A stretch of DNA of 64,000 bases from Eledone cirrhosa (Eukaryota): positions 248,124,001-248,188,000 of the forward strand of contig OZ024743.1 of NCBI GenBank assembly GCA_964016885.1, in the 5' to 3' direction. Positions 36,600 through 48,180 of the stretch are shown piece after piece. Below the pieces are notes generated by a model. That model was not told the origin of the DNA. It worked only from the letters and a program-made list of their open reading frames with translations, and ran no database searches. Within the stretch, counting starts at the first letter, position 1; each line of letters starts with the position of its first letter. The position numbers were made by a program, and so were the translations under genes.

Positions 36600-37330
36600 C
36601 TGCAGCTCCATCAAGGAGATGAGCTTGGGAAAAACGCATTTATTGAACGGAGTGGGTCAAGTGAAGACTGAGTAGGAACAATTGGAAACTAGAGTGTCTC
36701 CAAGCATTCACAGCCCTCTGCCAATCAAACAGTACAATTAGTGGAAAATCTACCTTGGCATTCTATAGAGGGTTAGTGGCATGTAAAAGTGATAACATTC
36801 TTTGGGAAACTGGATGTTGATAAAAATCAACTAACCGCTCTTTTCTGGAGGATTTTTGGTCCAGGGCCCATGGATAATTTCCAGAAATCCCTGTCCTGCT
36901 ATTGGGGAGCATTGCCATTTCAAGATAAACTCTACAGGCATGGAAGTGCCATCAGCCAGGCTAGACAGATGTGTGCTGGCTGACAAAATTGTCCTGCACA
37001 CATTCACCAAGTATCCGAGTAACTGACTTGTGGGTTTATGTCAAACACCTGCTGTCACATGTAGAAGGATCTGGCTTTCAGCTGAATCCATTGTGAAATT
37101 CACGCTGCCACCTTCCTTTAGCCAGGAAGAGCAGACAGTTTTCATTTGCCTGGTGGCCATGGTGAAAGAGGTGGGGTGGGGGACATGTTTGAAAGGGTCA
37201 AAGACAAGAACTTGCTTCTTCTACTGATGAAGGTGGAGAGGAAAGTGCTACCTTCCAACTAGTTTGTTGAGAGGTGAGCGACGGTGGTGAGCATGGTCCA
37301 AGTGAATAGGCCTGCACCTGTAAATTTGAG
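36600..37330 (+). mobile_element. L1/Tx1-type ORF2 C-terminal fragment
   Basis: LFWRIFG..GALPFQDKLYRHG..C..VLH..DLWVYV pattern resembling zf-RVT, split by frameshifts. Confidence 0.55.
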
Positions 37331-38087
37331 GAGGACACCTTGGGGTCAATAAAATAAAGTATCAGTAACATACTGGGGTCAATCATTCCCTTCCCCCCAA
37401 ATTGTTGGCCTTGTGCCTAAATCAGAAACCATTATTATTATTTTTTTAAATTCAAATATAATTGATATATATATAGTGTTATTAGAAAGGGATTTTTAAA
37501 ATATGATTAACTAGAATACACAGTATCAATAAATAGATTGCTATCAGTACACCTTAGAAATTAACTTGAAATATCTATGTTTGTTAGACCATTTAATATC
37601 TATTTTCCATGCTTGCATGGGTTAGACAGGTTGCCATGTACTGAGAGGGTTGGTTGCTACAGCTAGAAACCTTTCTTAATGACAATAACTTTACAGCATG
37701 TATTGGAAGTATTTTATTGTGCCTCTGACACTACCACCTTATAGAGATGAACTGGGTCCTTTTTTTCTGGCACCAGCACTACTACCTTACAGTGCAGACT
37801 GGGTGCTTTTATCATAGCAGCTGCACTACCACTTTACAGAGTGCGCTGGAAGCATTGATGGGAGTGTACATTGGGTCATATTTAGATTCAAAAATTACAA
37901 TGAGAAGGGCTAAAAATGAACAATAGTTGGCAATAGAAATAGGCAGAATTTTGTGAGTAATAACTTTGAATGAAGTGATTCTCTCTGGACAAAAGATAGT
38001 CTGTAAGAAATATATATAAGGTATGTGATATTGTTTGATTGTGAAACATCATCATCACTGTTTAACAGCTATTTTCCAAATTTGTAT

Positions 38088-38380
38088 GTGTTAGATGAGG
38101 TGTAGTGTGCGGGAGAGAAGACTGCGTTGGTATGGACATGTGATGCGCATGGTGGATGACCGCTGGGTAAAGAAGTGCTAAGAAATCCCAGTAGAAGGGA
38201 GACACAGTCAAGGAAGACCACGAAAAACATGGGCGGTGGTGGTTTAGAGCAGACTTCAGATCGATGAAGCTCACAGAGGAGATGACAAAGGATCGTGACG
38301 AATGGAGAGACGCTGTGCTTAATAAGACCTGTCCCACCCTTGCAAGCAAGGAAAAGCGGACGTAATCTGATGATGATGAT
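38088..38380 (+). mobile_element. RTE LINE 3' fragment
   Basis: ERRLRWYGHVMRM..GRPRKTW; (GAT)n tail. Confidence 0.85.
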
Positions 38381-38844
38381 AAGGCTAGACAGGTCAGGTG
38401 ACCATGTCTTGCTCGTATGTTCTGTTTTTGGCTTGGTTTCTACGGCTTGATGTTCTTTCTAATGCCAACAACTAAATAGGGAAGATCCGAGGAGCTGAAA
38501 AGAAATTAGTCACGTATGCAAAAAAGTGAATTAAACCTTTCTTGACCATATTTTTAATGAATTACACTGATTTTTGAATTAATTAATGAAGAGATTGGAG
38601 AATTTATTAAAATAATTAATTATTTCATTATCAAGATAATATTTGTAACATAACTTAAATGCTTCCTATGTCAAATTGTGTTTGAAGATATTAATTTAAA
38701 TAGAAACCATTTAAATGGGTGGTTCTGTTTTATAACATCAGATGCAGTTTTGGGCTAGTCAGTATCAAAAGTATTAAGAGAGCAGCTAGGCTTTTAGTCT
38801 TTAGCCAAAGTGTGAAAAAAGACCTAAGCAAGTATGGATGGATA

Positions 38845-39885
38845 ATCATCATCATCATCATCATCGTTTAACGTCTATCTTCCACGCTAGCATGGGTTAG
38901 ACGGGAGTTGTCCCACTTGAGGCAAGGTTGGTTGAGTGACCGTGTCTTGCTCATATAGGACTATCTGGCAGGTTTTCTACGGCTGGATGCCCTTCCTAAC
39001 ACCAACCACATTTACAGTGTGGAACTGGGAAATTTTTACCGTGTTACCTACACGGCCACATTACAGCATGGACTGTGTTTTTTGTCGTGACACCTACACA
39101 ATCTCATTATCTCATTTATTTGGACTGGATGTTGTGGTACCAACTTTACAGAGAGAGGGTGGTGCTAGTGGGAGGATAGGGGTGTATATTTGTACATAGG
39201 CAAGGCGGGTCTTCTGTATTACTGCGTAGCGCCAAAGATCTCGGTCCAGTGACATTGTCTTAGAGAGGTGCAAGTGTGTAAGGTCGGAATTTATCAAATC
39301 GTCCCAGGTTTTTCTGGGTCTGCCTACTCCATAACTTCCATCAATTTTGATCACCCTGCACTTTTTTATACAGCTGTCATCTTTCATGCGCATCACGTGA
39401 TCATACCAACGTAGTCTTCTCTCAAGTAAACAGCATCTGATCCCTCTCATTCCTAATTTCTCACTTAGTTCATTTATGCTTTGCTGTTCACGTATATTAC
39501 TATTACACATTCAATAGAGCATGCATGCTTCATTCCTTTCTAGTCTGCGCAGGTCCTCTCCACGCAATGCCCATATCTCACTGCCATGTAGCATTGCTGT
39601 TCGTATACAGGCATCATACAATCTGCCTTTCATTTTTAGAGAGAAACCTTTTGTGGCCAACAGTGGTATAAGCTCTCTGAACTTTTTCCATCCCGTTCTG
39701 ACTCTGGCTACTGTACTTTCAAAGCACCCTCCACCACTGCTGATTTTGTCACCCAGGTAACGGAAAGTGTCCACTATTTCTATTGGACTTTCTGTGACCT
39801 GGTCAACTAACTTAATGCCCCTATAGTTTCCCCTATCTAGAGCATCCCCTTTACCCTTGTAGCAGTTAATGAAGCTGCTACGCCA
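38845..39885 (-). mobile_element. RTE LINE, internally deleted
   Basis: YKGKGDALDRGNYRGIKL is fused directly to IEIVDTFRYLGD (RT core deleted); ERRLRWY, GRPRKTW; (GAT)n tail. Confidence 0.9.
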
Positions 39886-40219
39886 ATATGAATAGATAAG
39901 TAGTGCATGGTGAAAAAGTGCCATGAAGTGACAATGAAAGGTATACATGTTAAAAGAAGATCAATAAACACATATCACTGCATCCTTTAAAACTTTCATG
40001 CTTCCTGAAATTCAGCAACACTACACCTGATATTCCTCCTCCATACACACACATGCATGTATCTATGTGTATATCATGACTCATACACTGTTCACTTTCT
40101 TGATATTTGTACATTATTCTATGTACTATCTATGTACTATATATGCTCCTTCGATGAGTTGTAGTGCATCTGAGCACTGTACACAATAATTTCATTATTA
40201 TTGTTATTATTATTATTAA

Positions 40220-40417
40220 GGGCGGTGAATTGGCAGTATCGGTAGAGGGTCGGACGCCATGCTTTCTAGCATAGTTACATCCCTTTACCCTTTACGATCT
40301 GAGTTCAAATCCCGCCGAGATTAACTTTGCCTTTCATCCTTATGGGGTCGATAAAATAAAATACCAGTAATGCACTGGGTAATTGCTGGCCTTGTGCCTA
40401 AAGTAGAAACAATTATT
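40220..40417 (+). mobile_element. Young SINE copy (full length)
   Basis: GGCGGTGAATTGGCAGTATCGG...GTAGAAACAATTATT. Confidence 0.9.
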
Positions 40418-40474
40418 AGTATTCTTCTGCAATGTAATTATTGTTTATATTTTTCTTTGTATTTTATTTTTCAG

Positions 40475-40496
40475 ATTACAAGCTTTGCGGAACTAG
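40475..40496 (+). CDS. CHMP1A: CHMP1A-like exon 8 (terminal; completes the MIM1 motif)
   Basis: tttcag|A TTA CAA GCT TTG CGG AAC TAG gives DDLTRRLQALRN*; total CDS is 606 nt. Confidence 0.93.
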
Positions 40497-40654
40497 TCAT
40501 CATTATATTTAATTGTTTCTTTTTTTTTTGCTCCTCAAAGAAAGAAATGGGGGCCTCTATCTTATCTGTAAATTGAATTAATGGCACACCAAATGCTGAC
40601 ATCCGCCCAATGTGGAAGCCTTTCAATCCACTTAGACTACTCCATGTATTATCT

Positions 40655-41105
40655 TTTATATATATATAACTTGTTATCTAATGTGTAAATATATATATAC
40701 ATACACACACAATATATATATATAATGTATATATATATATACACACACACACATATATATATACACACACACATATATATATACGTACACACATATATAC
40801 ATAAATATATATAATGTATATATATATATATATATACGTACACACACACATATATACGTATATATATATATATATATACATACACACATATATGTATATA
40901 TACATGCACATATATATATATGTATATACACACATATATGTATATATATATATATACACATGTGTATATATATATATACACACACATACATGTGTGCATA
41001 TATATATACATATATGTTTGTGTATAAATATATATATATATATATACATACATATTTTACATACATATATATATATATATATATATGTACGATGATGATA
41101 TATAT
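40655..41105. repeat. Compound (TA)n/(CA)n/(TG)n microsatellite in the CHMP1A 3' region
   Basis: Directly visible. Confidence 0.97.
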
Positions 41106-41520
41106 GAACAAGTTTTGTGTATTAATGTTCAAAATCCGTTTTCAAAAAAACAAAGACTTGCAAAGGAAATAAATTTACATTTTTTTCATAAGCTTTATTT
41201 ATTTTGTCAAAATCAGAAATTATATTATTTTTCAAAATGTTCTTGCCTTAGCAGTTCATAAAACGTAAGTGGTTACAAAATTTCTGTACGGTCTTTCACC
41301 ATTTTCTGACAAAAACATATCCAATATGAGAAACATGTTTAGTTTTCAAAGAGAAATGAACTCAGTATAGTTGCTGCTTTTCATATGGACATTATGTTCT
41401 CTTTCCTGCTTTGTTACCTTTCTTTATTATATCTCCTCTCTCAACATTTCTCTCTCTTTCTCTCTCTATGAATCTGTGTATATTTTGCTTTTTATTATTT
41501 ATTGTTGAAGAAAATTATAA

Positions 41521-41526
41521 AATAAA
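41521..41526 (+). terminator. Candidate CHMP1A poly(A) signal (alternative at 41168)
   Basis: AATAAA followed by T-rich sequence about 1 kb after the stop codon. Confidence 0.3.
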
Positions 41527-41675
41527 TGTGCCATTATTTTTATTAATACTTCATATTAATCTTTCAACCTCATTGAATTTAACCCATTTGTGACTATATT
41601 TCTAATGAAGTATACTGTATTTGAGTTAATCAATGAAGAATTTTGAGGGATTTATTAAAATTATTATTTTATTAT

Positions 41676-41868
41676 GGCAGTGGATTGGCAGTATCGGTAG
41701 AGGGTCGGACGCCATGCTTTGACGCATAGAGTTACGGCCCTTGCCATTCTGAGTTCAAATCCCGCCGAGGTTAACTTTGCCTTTCATCCTTACGGGGTTG
41801 ATAAAATAAAGTACCAGTAATGCACTGAGTAATTGCTGGCCTTGTGCCAAAAAGTAGAAACAATTGTT
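41676..41868 (+). mobile_element. Young SINE copy
   Basis: Same family as the 40220 copy. Confidence 0.9.
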
Positions 41869-42139
41869 AAGATTCTTTTATCAAATTATATTGGAAGATT
41901 TAAATCAAAATAGCGACCCTTTAAAATAGTTTACTAAAATTACAAACTGCAAATTAATAAGACTTGATCCAACATTTACTGTTTATAACTTTGTATAAGT
42001 CACATCTCCATTTTACTTACAATATTTACAATGTACCATACATTTTAAATTGAAGCTTTCTAAATCTAGTAGATAGGTCACAAGCTGGTTTTTCTGAAAA
42101 AAAAATGAGGTTTAACATTAAGGTCTTTATTGATTATAC

Positions 42140-42227
42140 ATAGTTACAACCATTTCACAGATAGGTGGCTCAGGATCTATATAAATGCTATAGACCTGAC
42201 TTCAGCTCGATCTGCTCTTCAGACTTA
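42140..42227 (-). ncRNA. Candidate type I hammerhead ribozyme (inverted partner)
   Basis: Minus strand AGT CTGAAGA GCAGAT...ATCTGT GAAA TGGTTG TA|ACT. Confidence 0.55.
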
Positions 42228-42261
42228 TTAATCAGATGGGATTTTGGTTTTGCTTGATTAA

Positions 42262-42348
42262 CAAGTCTGAAGAGTAGATTGGGCTGGAGTCGCGTCTATA
42301 GCATTTATATAGATCCTGAGCCACCTATCTATGAAACGTTGTAACTGT
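42262..42348 (+). ncRNA. Candidate type I hammerhead ribozyme with extended stem II
   Basis: AGT CTGAAGA GTAGAT...ATCTAT GAAA CGTTG TA|ACT; predicted cleavage after 42343. Confidence 0.6.
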
Positions 42349-42537
42349 ATAATCAATAAAGATCTTAATGTGAGAGCTCACTTTGTTGTCAATATATACA
42401 CTTTGCCATAGCATAGAATGCTGATTTTGGTACCTGCCTAAGTAAACTACGAATCTACTGAACCATCTATTATTATTATTATTATTATTTTATATATGGT
42501 GGCTATTCTATATATATAGAATAGCCACTATCATGTG

Positions 42538-43450
42538 CGAGGTATGTTCAATAAGTAATGAGAACATTTTAAAAGAGACAATATTTATTTTCAAAAGCTT
42601 ACAAAAATTTGTCTCCTTCAAAATAATGACCTCTTGCATCTACACAGTCCTAGTCCTTCTGCAATCTCAGGAAATTTGCCGATGCCTCCTTCAGCTCAGG
42701 ATTCTTCTTCATCCTCTCCCTGAATCTTTTCAGAACTTCATGGTAATACTCCTTATTGACAGTTTAGCCCCCAAGAACTCATTCAGCATGAATTAGCCCC
42801 TGGGAGTCAAAGAAATGAATGATCATGGCTTTCTTTTGTGACCTGCTCATCTTTGCCTTTGTGGGCCTGGGGGAGTGCCCGCGCTTCCACTGAACACTGA
42901 CATTTGCTATCAGAGTCATAGGTGAATACCCAACTCTCATTGCAAGCAACTACTTTATTCAGGAAATCAGAATTAGCTTCTATCATATCGAAAATATCAG
43001 TGCTACATCCCATAAGAAACTGCTTCTGGTCGTCAGAAAGAATCTTTTGCACAAACTTGGCACAGGCTTTGTGGAGCTCCAGATCTTTGGTCAGAATTAT
43101 CTTCACTGTACCAAGACTAATATCAATAGCTTCAGATATCATCCTCACAGTAGCCCAGCAGTCTTGCATCACTAACCTTCACATTTCCTCCGTGTTTTCC
43201 TCTCATATGCCGTTCACTGCTCCAGATCTGCGTTCATTCTCAACCTGTTAATTTCTTTCAGAAAATCATTAGAAACTTGCTTTGCTCATCAATTCACCCC
43301 CTAGGCCACCTCTAACATTCCATTGGCTTCTGGTTTGGTTTTCATAAATTTAACATAAAATTTGATGGCGTAACGTTTCTATGTTTCCCTGCATCTTGCC
43401 AGATGTTGACAACAGCAAATTAGATCCCACTGGTTCCACCACATGCACGA
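42538..43450 (-). mobile_element. Decayed mariner transposon
   Basis: VRMISEAIDISLGTVKIIL..AKFVQKILS..VACNESWVFTYD (HTH, WVP-like linker, first catalytic motif); TIR CGAGGTATGTTCAATAAGTAATGAGA; right end approximate. Confidence 0.8.
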
Positions 43451-43744
43451 CTGTGATACAACCTAGGCAGATAAGAAGTTGCCAGTTAGTCACTTTATAC
43501 ATTATATGTAAGTCTACTTCACTATGGAGTAGCATTTTAATTAAATATTTAATGCTTTTCCTGAAATGTTATTATTTATTGAACATATATTGTATAGCAG
43601 AAAATGCACACAATTACATAAGACAGCTGTATTTTTATTCCTCCAGCCACCTTGTTGGTGTGCAATTTCACACATTACATATATTCATGTCTGCTTTCCC
43701 TGCTAGCAAGACTTTGACTATGTATATAGGAAATTAGGTGTAGA

Positions 43745-44885
43745 AGAATGGCTTGTGAGAGCAGTGTAAGCCATGTACAGAGGAGATGTCAGTAAAGTGA
43801 GAGTAGGAAGTGAGTTTACTGAGGAATTCATGGTACTGGTAGGAGTTCATTAGTTTGGTTCTTAGTCCACTGCTGTTCGTCATAGTTCTCCAGGCCATAA
43901 CAAAGTTTAAAACTGGCTGTTCATAGGAACTTCTCTGTGCAGATGATCTGGTCTCTATAGCTGAATCCATAAAAGAACTAGTGAATAGGTTCCAACTATG
44001 GAAACAGAATTTGGAATCCAAAGGGCTGAGAGTCAACTTAGCCAAAACAAAAGTGCTATTTAGTAGGAAAGAAGATAAGACCCTGATTCCTTCAGGGAAG
44101 TGGCCCTGCTCAATATGTAGAAAGGGAGTAAGCATAAACTTTATATGATGTATACAATGTAAATTTTGAATACACAAGAGATGTAGAGTGATAACAGGTA
44201 GACTAACAGGAAGGGAAGACTTTGTATGTAGAAGATGCACAGGGATAATTGATGGGAAGACCGTCAGTGATATAAGCCTTTTCCAATTACATGATGGATC
44301 CATAGAAGTGGTTGATAGCTTCTGCTATCTATGCAACGTAATTAGCAATGGAGGGAGGAGGGTGCTCTGAGAGTATAATAGTTAAATAAGGATAGGATGG
44401 AAGAAGTTTAGAGAGTTACTCCCACTGTTGACCACAAAAGATTTCTCCCTATATACAAAAGGATGGCTGTATGACACCTGTGTGCGTAGTGTAATGCTGC
44501 ATAGTAGTGAAACATGAGCTGTGACTGTGGAGGACGTGCATATACTGGAGAGAAACGGAGCAACCATGCTCTGTTGGATGTGAGAGAGGCAGAGCTTGGA
44601 TGAGTTGAAGGAGAAGCTAGTTTTAAGAGGAATTTGAGGTAGTGTGCAGGAGAGAAGACTGCAATGGTTTGGATATATGATGTGCATGGACAATGATCAT
44701 TGGGTGAAGTGCCAGTGGAAGGAAGTCACGGTAGAGGTAAAGAAAGACCTGGTAGAGGTTATGAGAGCTGACCTCAAATCATTGAAACTCAAAGAGGCGA
44801 TGACAAAGGATTGTGACATGAGAGATGCCGTGCTGAGAAGGACCCATGCAAGCGTGGAAAAGTGGACATAAAAACGATGATGATA
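43745..44885 (+). mobile_element. RTE LINE 3' part, decayed
   Basis: LLCADDLV, GLRVNLAKTK, WPCSICRKGV, ERRLQWFG; (GAT)n tail. Confidence 0.9.
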
Positions 44886-45242
44886 ATACATACATATATA
44901 TATAGACACATTTATATCAACACCATCATCACCGTTTAACATCCATTTTTCCACACTTGCATGGGTTGTATATATAACCTCAATAAATGTGATGAATATC
45001 TAACACCTCATCCTTTTTATTATATATATATAAAGAAAAAATGTAGACAAAGAGTTGAAATTAATGTATGGTCAGCCTATGACTTTTTCAGCCGACTTCC
45101 TTTATGCCAGAGTTGTCTTTAGAGACATTCTGAAGTTTTCTTTGAATCGTTTTTGTGACAAAATACCTTGCAGTATTTATTCTGGCTCTTTACCTTCTGA
45201 ATTGAAATTATGCTTTGGCTTACTTTAATGGTAGATATAAGC

Positions 45243-45405
45243 CAGGCATGGGCAACCTTTTTCAAGCAGTGGGCTGCATAGGACGTGGTTCATCATAAGG
45301 TGGGCCACACTTAAAAAAATTAAAAGCAATCTTGAAATTAGGTGTGCCATTCAGAAAGCCAAATGGGCCATATGTGGCTTGCGGGCTGCAGTTTTCCCAT
45401 GACTG
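45243..45405. mobile_element. hAT MITE
   Basis: TIRs CAGGCATGGGCAAC / GTTTTCCCATGACTG; perfect 8-bp TSD ATATAAGC. Confidence 0.9.
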
Positions 45406-45820
45406 ATATAAGCCATTAGACCAGTTAAACACCACCACCCAGCCCTTAGTTGCCTTTATCAGAGTCCACTCATTTGCAAGCATTCAGGTAAGGTCTTTAG
45501 TTTGAAAAAAACTCCCTTGCACCCTCTCCAGTGAAAGAGACCCTAAATAGGGTTATAGGCACTGAGTTTCCCTCCTTAACTAAGCAGGAAAAAAAAAATC
45601 AATCAAATTTGTTAGTTGGAAGTTTTTGTTCTTCAATGAAAAGTTACAGTTTACTAGATCTTATAATCATAAATTTGAGTCAGAAAATGAACAACAGGTC
45701 GACTGAATGGATTAGATCCATGTATCTACCACTTGTTGGTTACTGTGTTGTCAGTTATACTACAGGGAGCTTGCTATTCCTTCTTAAAAATAAGGACTTT
45801 AATTGATATCTCTGTTATTT

Positions 45821-46183
45821 GGAGGCACATGGCTTAGTGGTTAGAGCATTGGCCTTGCAATTGAAAGGTTGTGAGTTCAATTCTCAGACCGGGTGATGTA
45901 TTGTTTCCTTGAGCAAGACACTTTATTTCACATTGCTCCAGTTTACTCACCTGTAGAAATGAGATGGTAGGACTGGGGTCCCTATCATTCCACTGCAAAG
46001 TGGTCGTGGAGGTGCCACAGCAAAAAAGCACCCAGCACTCACTGTAAAGTGGTCGTGGAGGTGTCACGGAAAAAAAGCACCCAGCACTCGCTGTAAATGA
46101 GGTTGGTGTTAGGAAGGGCAGCCAGAATCAGTTCCCGTCCCACCCTTGCAAGCAGGGAAAAGCGGACATAAAATGATGATGAT
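45821..46183 (+). mobile_element. tRNA-headed SINE with CORE-like middle and RTE-type tail
   Basis: A box TGGCTTAGTGG, B box GTTCAATTC, TTGAGCAAGACACT middle, 49-bp internal repeats, tail GGACATAAAATGATGATGAT; related heads at about 18835-18960 (+) and 4405-4660 (-). Confidence 0.8.
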
Positions 46184-47038
46184 TTGGAACAGTACTATTT
46201 TATATCTGGAAACATCTCACTTCCTTCACAAGCATTTAATTAATCAACTTCTTATATACCCACACATGCACATAATAGGCTTTCTACAATTTCATTCACA
46301 AAGAATCAGTCAGCCTGATGCTATAGTAGAAGACCCTTGCTCAAAGTGCTATGCAGTGGGATAGAACCTGTCATCACATAGTTGGAAACAAACTTCTGAA
46401 CCACTCAATCATACTTCTGTCTAATAGATGGAAAAATTCTTATTTTACAAAGCATTGGAAAAATAAAACAAACTCAATACAAGCACTGTAACACTAAAAG
46501 TAATCATGGTAAGAAACTAAAAGCAACAGTGTTTGATGATTGAATACAGACAATACTCATCAGTCTGAACGAACATTTGGCAAGCCACAATAAAATGCAT
46601 CCAGTCCACCCGGTAAAGTGGTAGTATTGGTGCTAGGATAAAATGTACCAAGTCTACTCTGTAAAGTTGTAGTGCGAGTGCCATAAAAAAAATATGCACC
46701 AGTATGCCCCATAAGATGGTTGGTGTTAGGTTGCCAAAATATGAAACATATGAATTGGATAAGGTTGCTCTGACCCATCTGGTCTTGGACTGTAATAACC
46801 CGTCCAACCAGTGAAGAAGGCAGTTGTAAAAATGATAATGATGAGGATGTGTGTGTGCAGCCTTCTCACACTTTGATATTGATTCTACTTGAGAATTACA
46901 TTTTTGTGGAATACTCAGCCATTTAGCAAGATAATTCATTGAGTAGGCCACTTAGTTGATTGAATAACTAAATACTCATACTGGAGTGTCTGTGTGTGAT
47001 ATCTTTTAAATAACTGAATAATAATATACCTTTCCTAG

Positions 47039-47233
47039 ATAATTGTTTCTACTTTTGGCACAAGGCCAGCAATTATCCCAGTGCATTACTGGTACTTTAT
47101 TTTATCGACCCCCGTAAAGATGAAAGGCAAAGTTAACCTCGGCGGGATTTGAACTCAGATCATAAAGGGCCGTAACTCTATGCTGCAAAGCATGGCGTCC
47201 GACCCTCTACCGATAGTGCCAATCCACCGCCCT
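47039..47233 (-). mobile_element. Young SINE copy (full length)
   Basis: Same family, reverse orientation. Confidence 0.9.
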
Positions 47234-47914
47234 TGATAATATACTTTAAAAAGAAATTATTGGTTTCTTACATTGACACAAGGCTACAAATTTGTTGGTG
47301 AAGGGTGTAGTCAATTGAATCAACATCAGTACATACCTGCTATCAATAATAGTGAGGTGAAAAGCAAAGTTGAACTTGGGCTGTAACCAAATACAGCAAA
47401 GCATTAAATTCAACATTCCAGTCCAACTCTTGTTAGAAGGGAAAGTGGACATTAAATGATGATGATGATGATTCTATCACTTCTGCTACATCACTATACT
47501 TTAAATACATCTTTATACCATATAATGTTGCAGTGAATAAGATGTTTGTAATTTTAATTTACTAGCTATATTGAAAATGGAATGGAACTTATACAAATTG
47601 ACCATTAAATTAGTCAATTGATTATACACGATACATCTAGATTTATAACTTGTGCCTAGATATACCATTATCATAACTACATTTATTATATATTTTTCAT
47701 GTTAAATGTTGACTTTTCTGTCTTGTTAAGAAATTCAGTTTATGTGTGGCACCTTGGGCAAATGTCTTGTTATAACCTCAGGTTGACTAATGCTTTGTAA
47801 GTGAATTTCATTGATGAAAGGAAGCCCATTGTGTGTGTGTGTATATATATATCATACAGAGTACCCGACCTCCCATGGGTACAAGCTGAAGCATATAGAC
47901 AATATGCCCCCACA

Positions 47915-48180
47915 CCCCCCACTGCAAGGTGGTCGTGGAGGTGCCACGGCAAAAAAGCACCCGACCCACACTGTTAAGTGCATGTGTAGGCGCCACGAAA
48001 AAGCACCCAGCACTCACTGTAAATGAGGTTGGTGTTAGGAAGGGCATCCAGCTGTAGAAATCAAGCCAAATCAGTTCCTGTATGAGCAAGGCATGGTCAG
48101 CCGACCAGACACTGCCCACAACAGGACAACCCATCTAACCCATGCTAGCGTGGAAGAACGGACGTAAAACGGTGATGATG
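47915..48180 (+). mobile_element. RTE-derived non-autonomous element or SINE 3' module
   Basis: GGTGCCAC..AAAAAGCACC repeats, GGTTGGTGTTAGGAAGGGCATCCAGCTGTAGAAA, tail CCATGCTAGCGTGGAAGAACGGACGTAAAAC; many similar copies (about 3975-4245, 13000-13352, 21860-22170, 37590-37850, 56300-56637). Confidence 0.75.

Larger units (their letters stand above)
42115..42371. mobile_element. Inverted repeat of Penelope-like pseudo-LTR type with hammerhead cores
   Basis: Arms of about 120 bp with a spacer of about 20 bp; each arm has CTGAAGA-long stem-GAAA..GTA followed by AATAAA. Confidence 0.7.

Noticed and set aside
37224-37262. CTGATGA followed by a 7-8 bp hairpin
   Set aside because: The stem is followed by CCAAC rather than GAAA, so it is not a hammerhead core.
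40220-40320. tRNA gene-like A/B boxes
   Set aside because: They are heads of multi-copy SINEs, with no cloverleaf or acceptor stem.
40649-41172. Several 70-150 aa ORFs rich in Y/I/C/V/H/T
   Set aside because: They are translations of a dinucleotide microsatellite.
45990-46100. CRISPR-like repeated hairpin units
   Set aside because: Tandem units without unique spacers, inside a eukaryotic SINE, with no cas genes.
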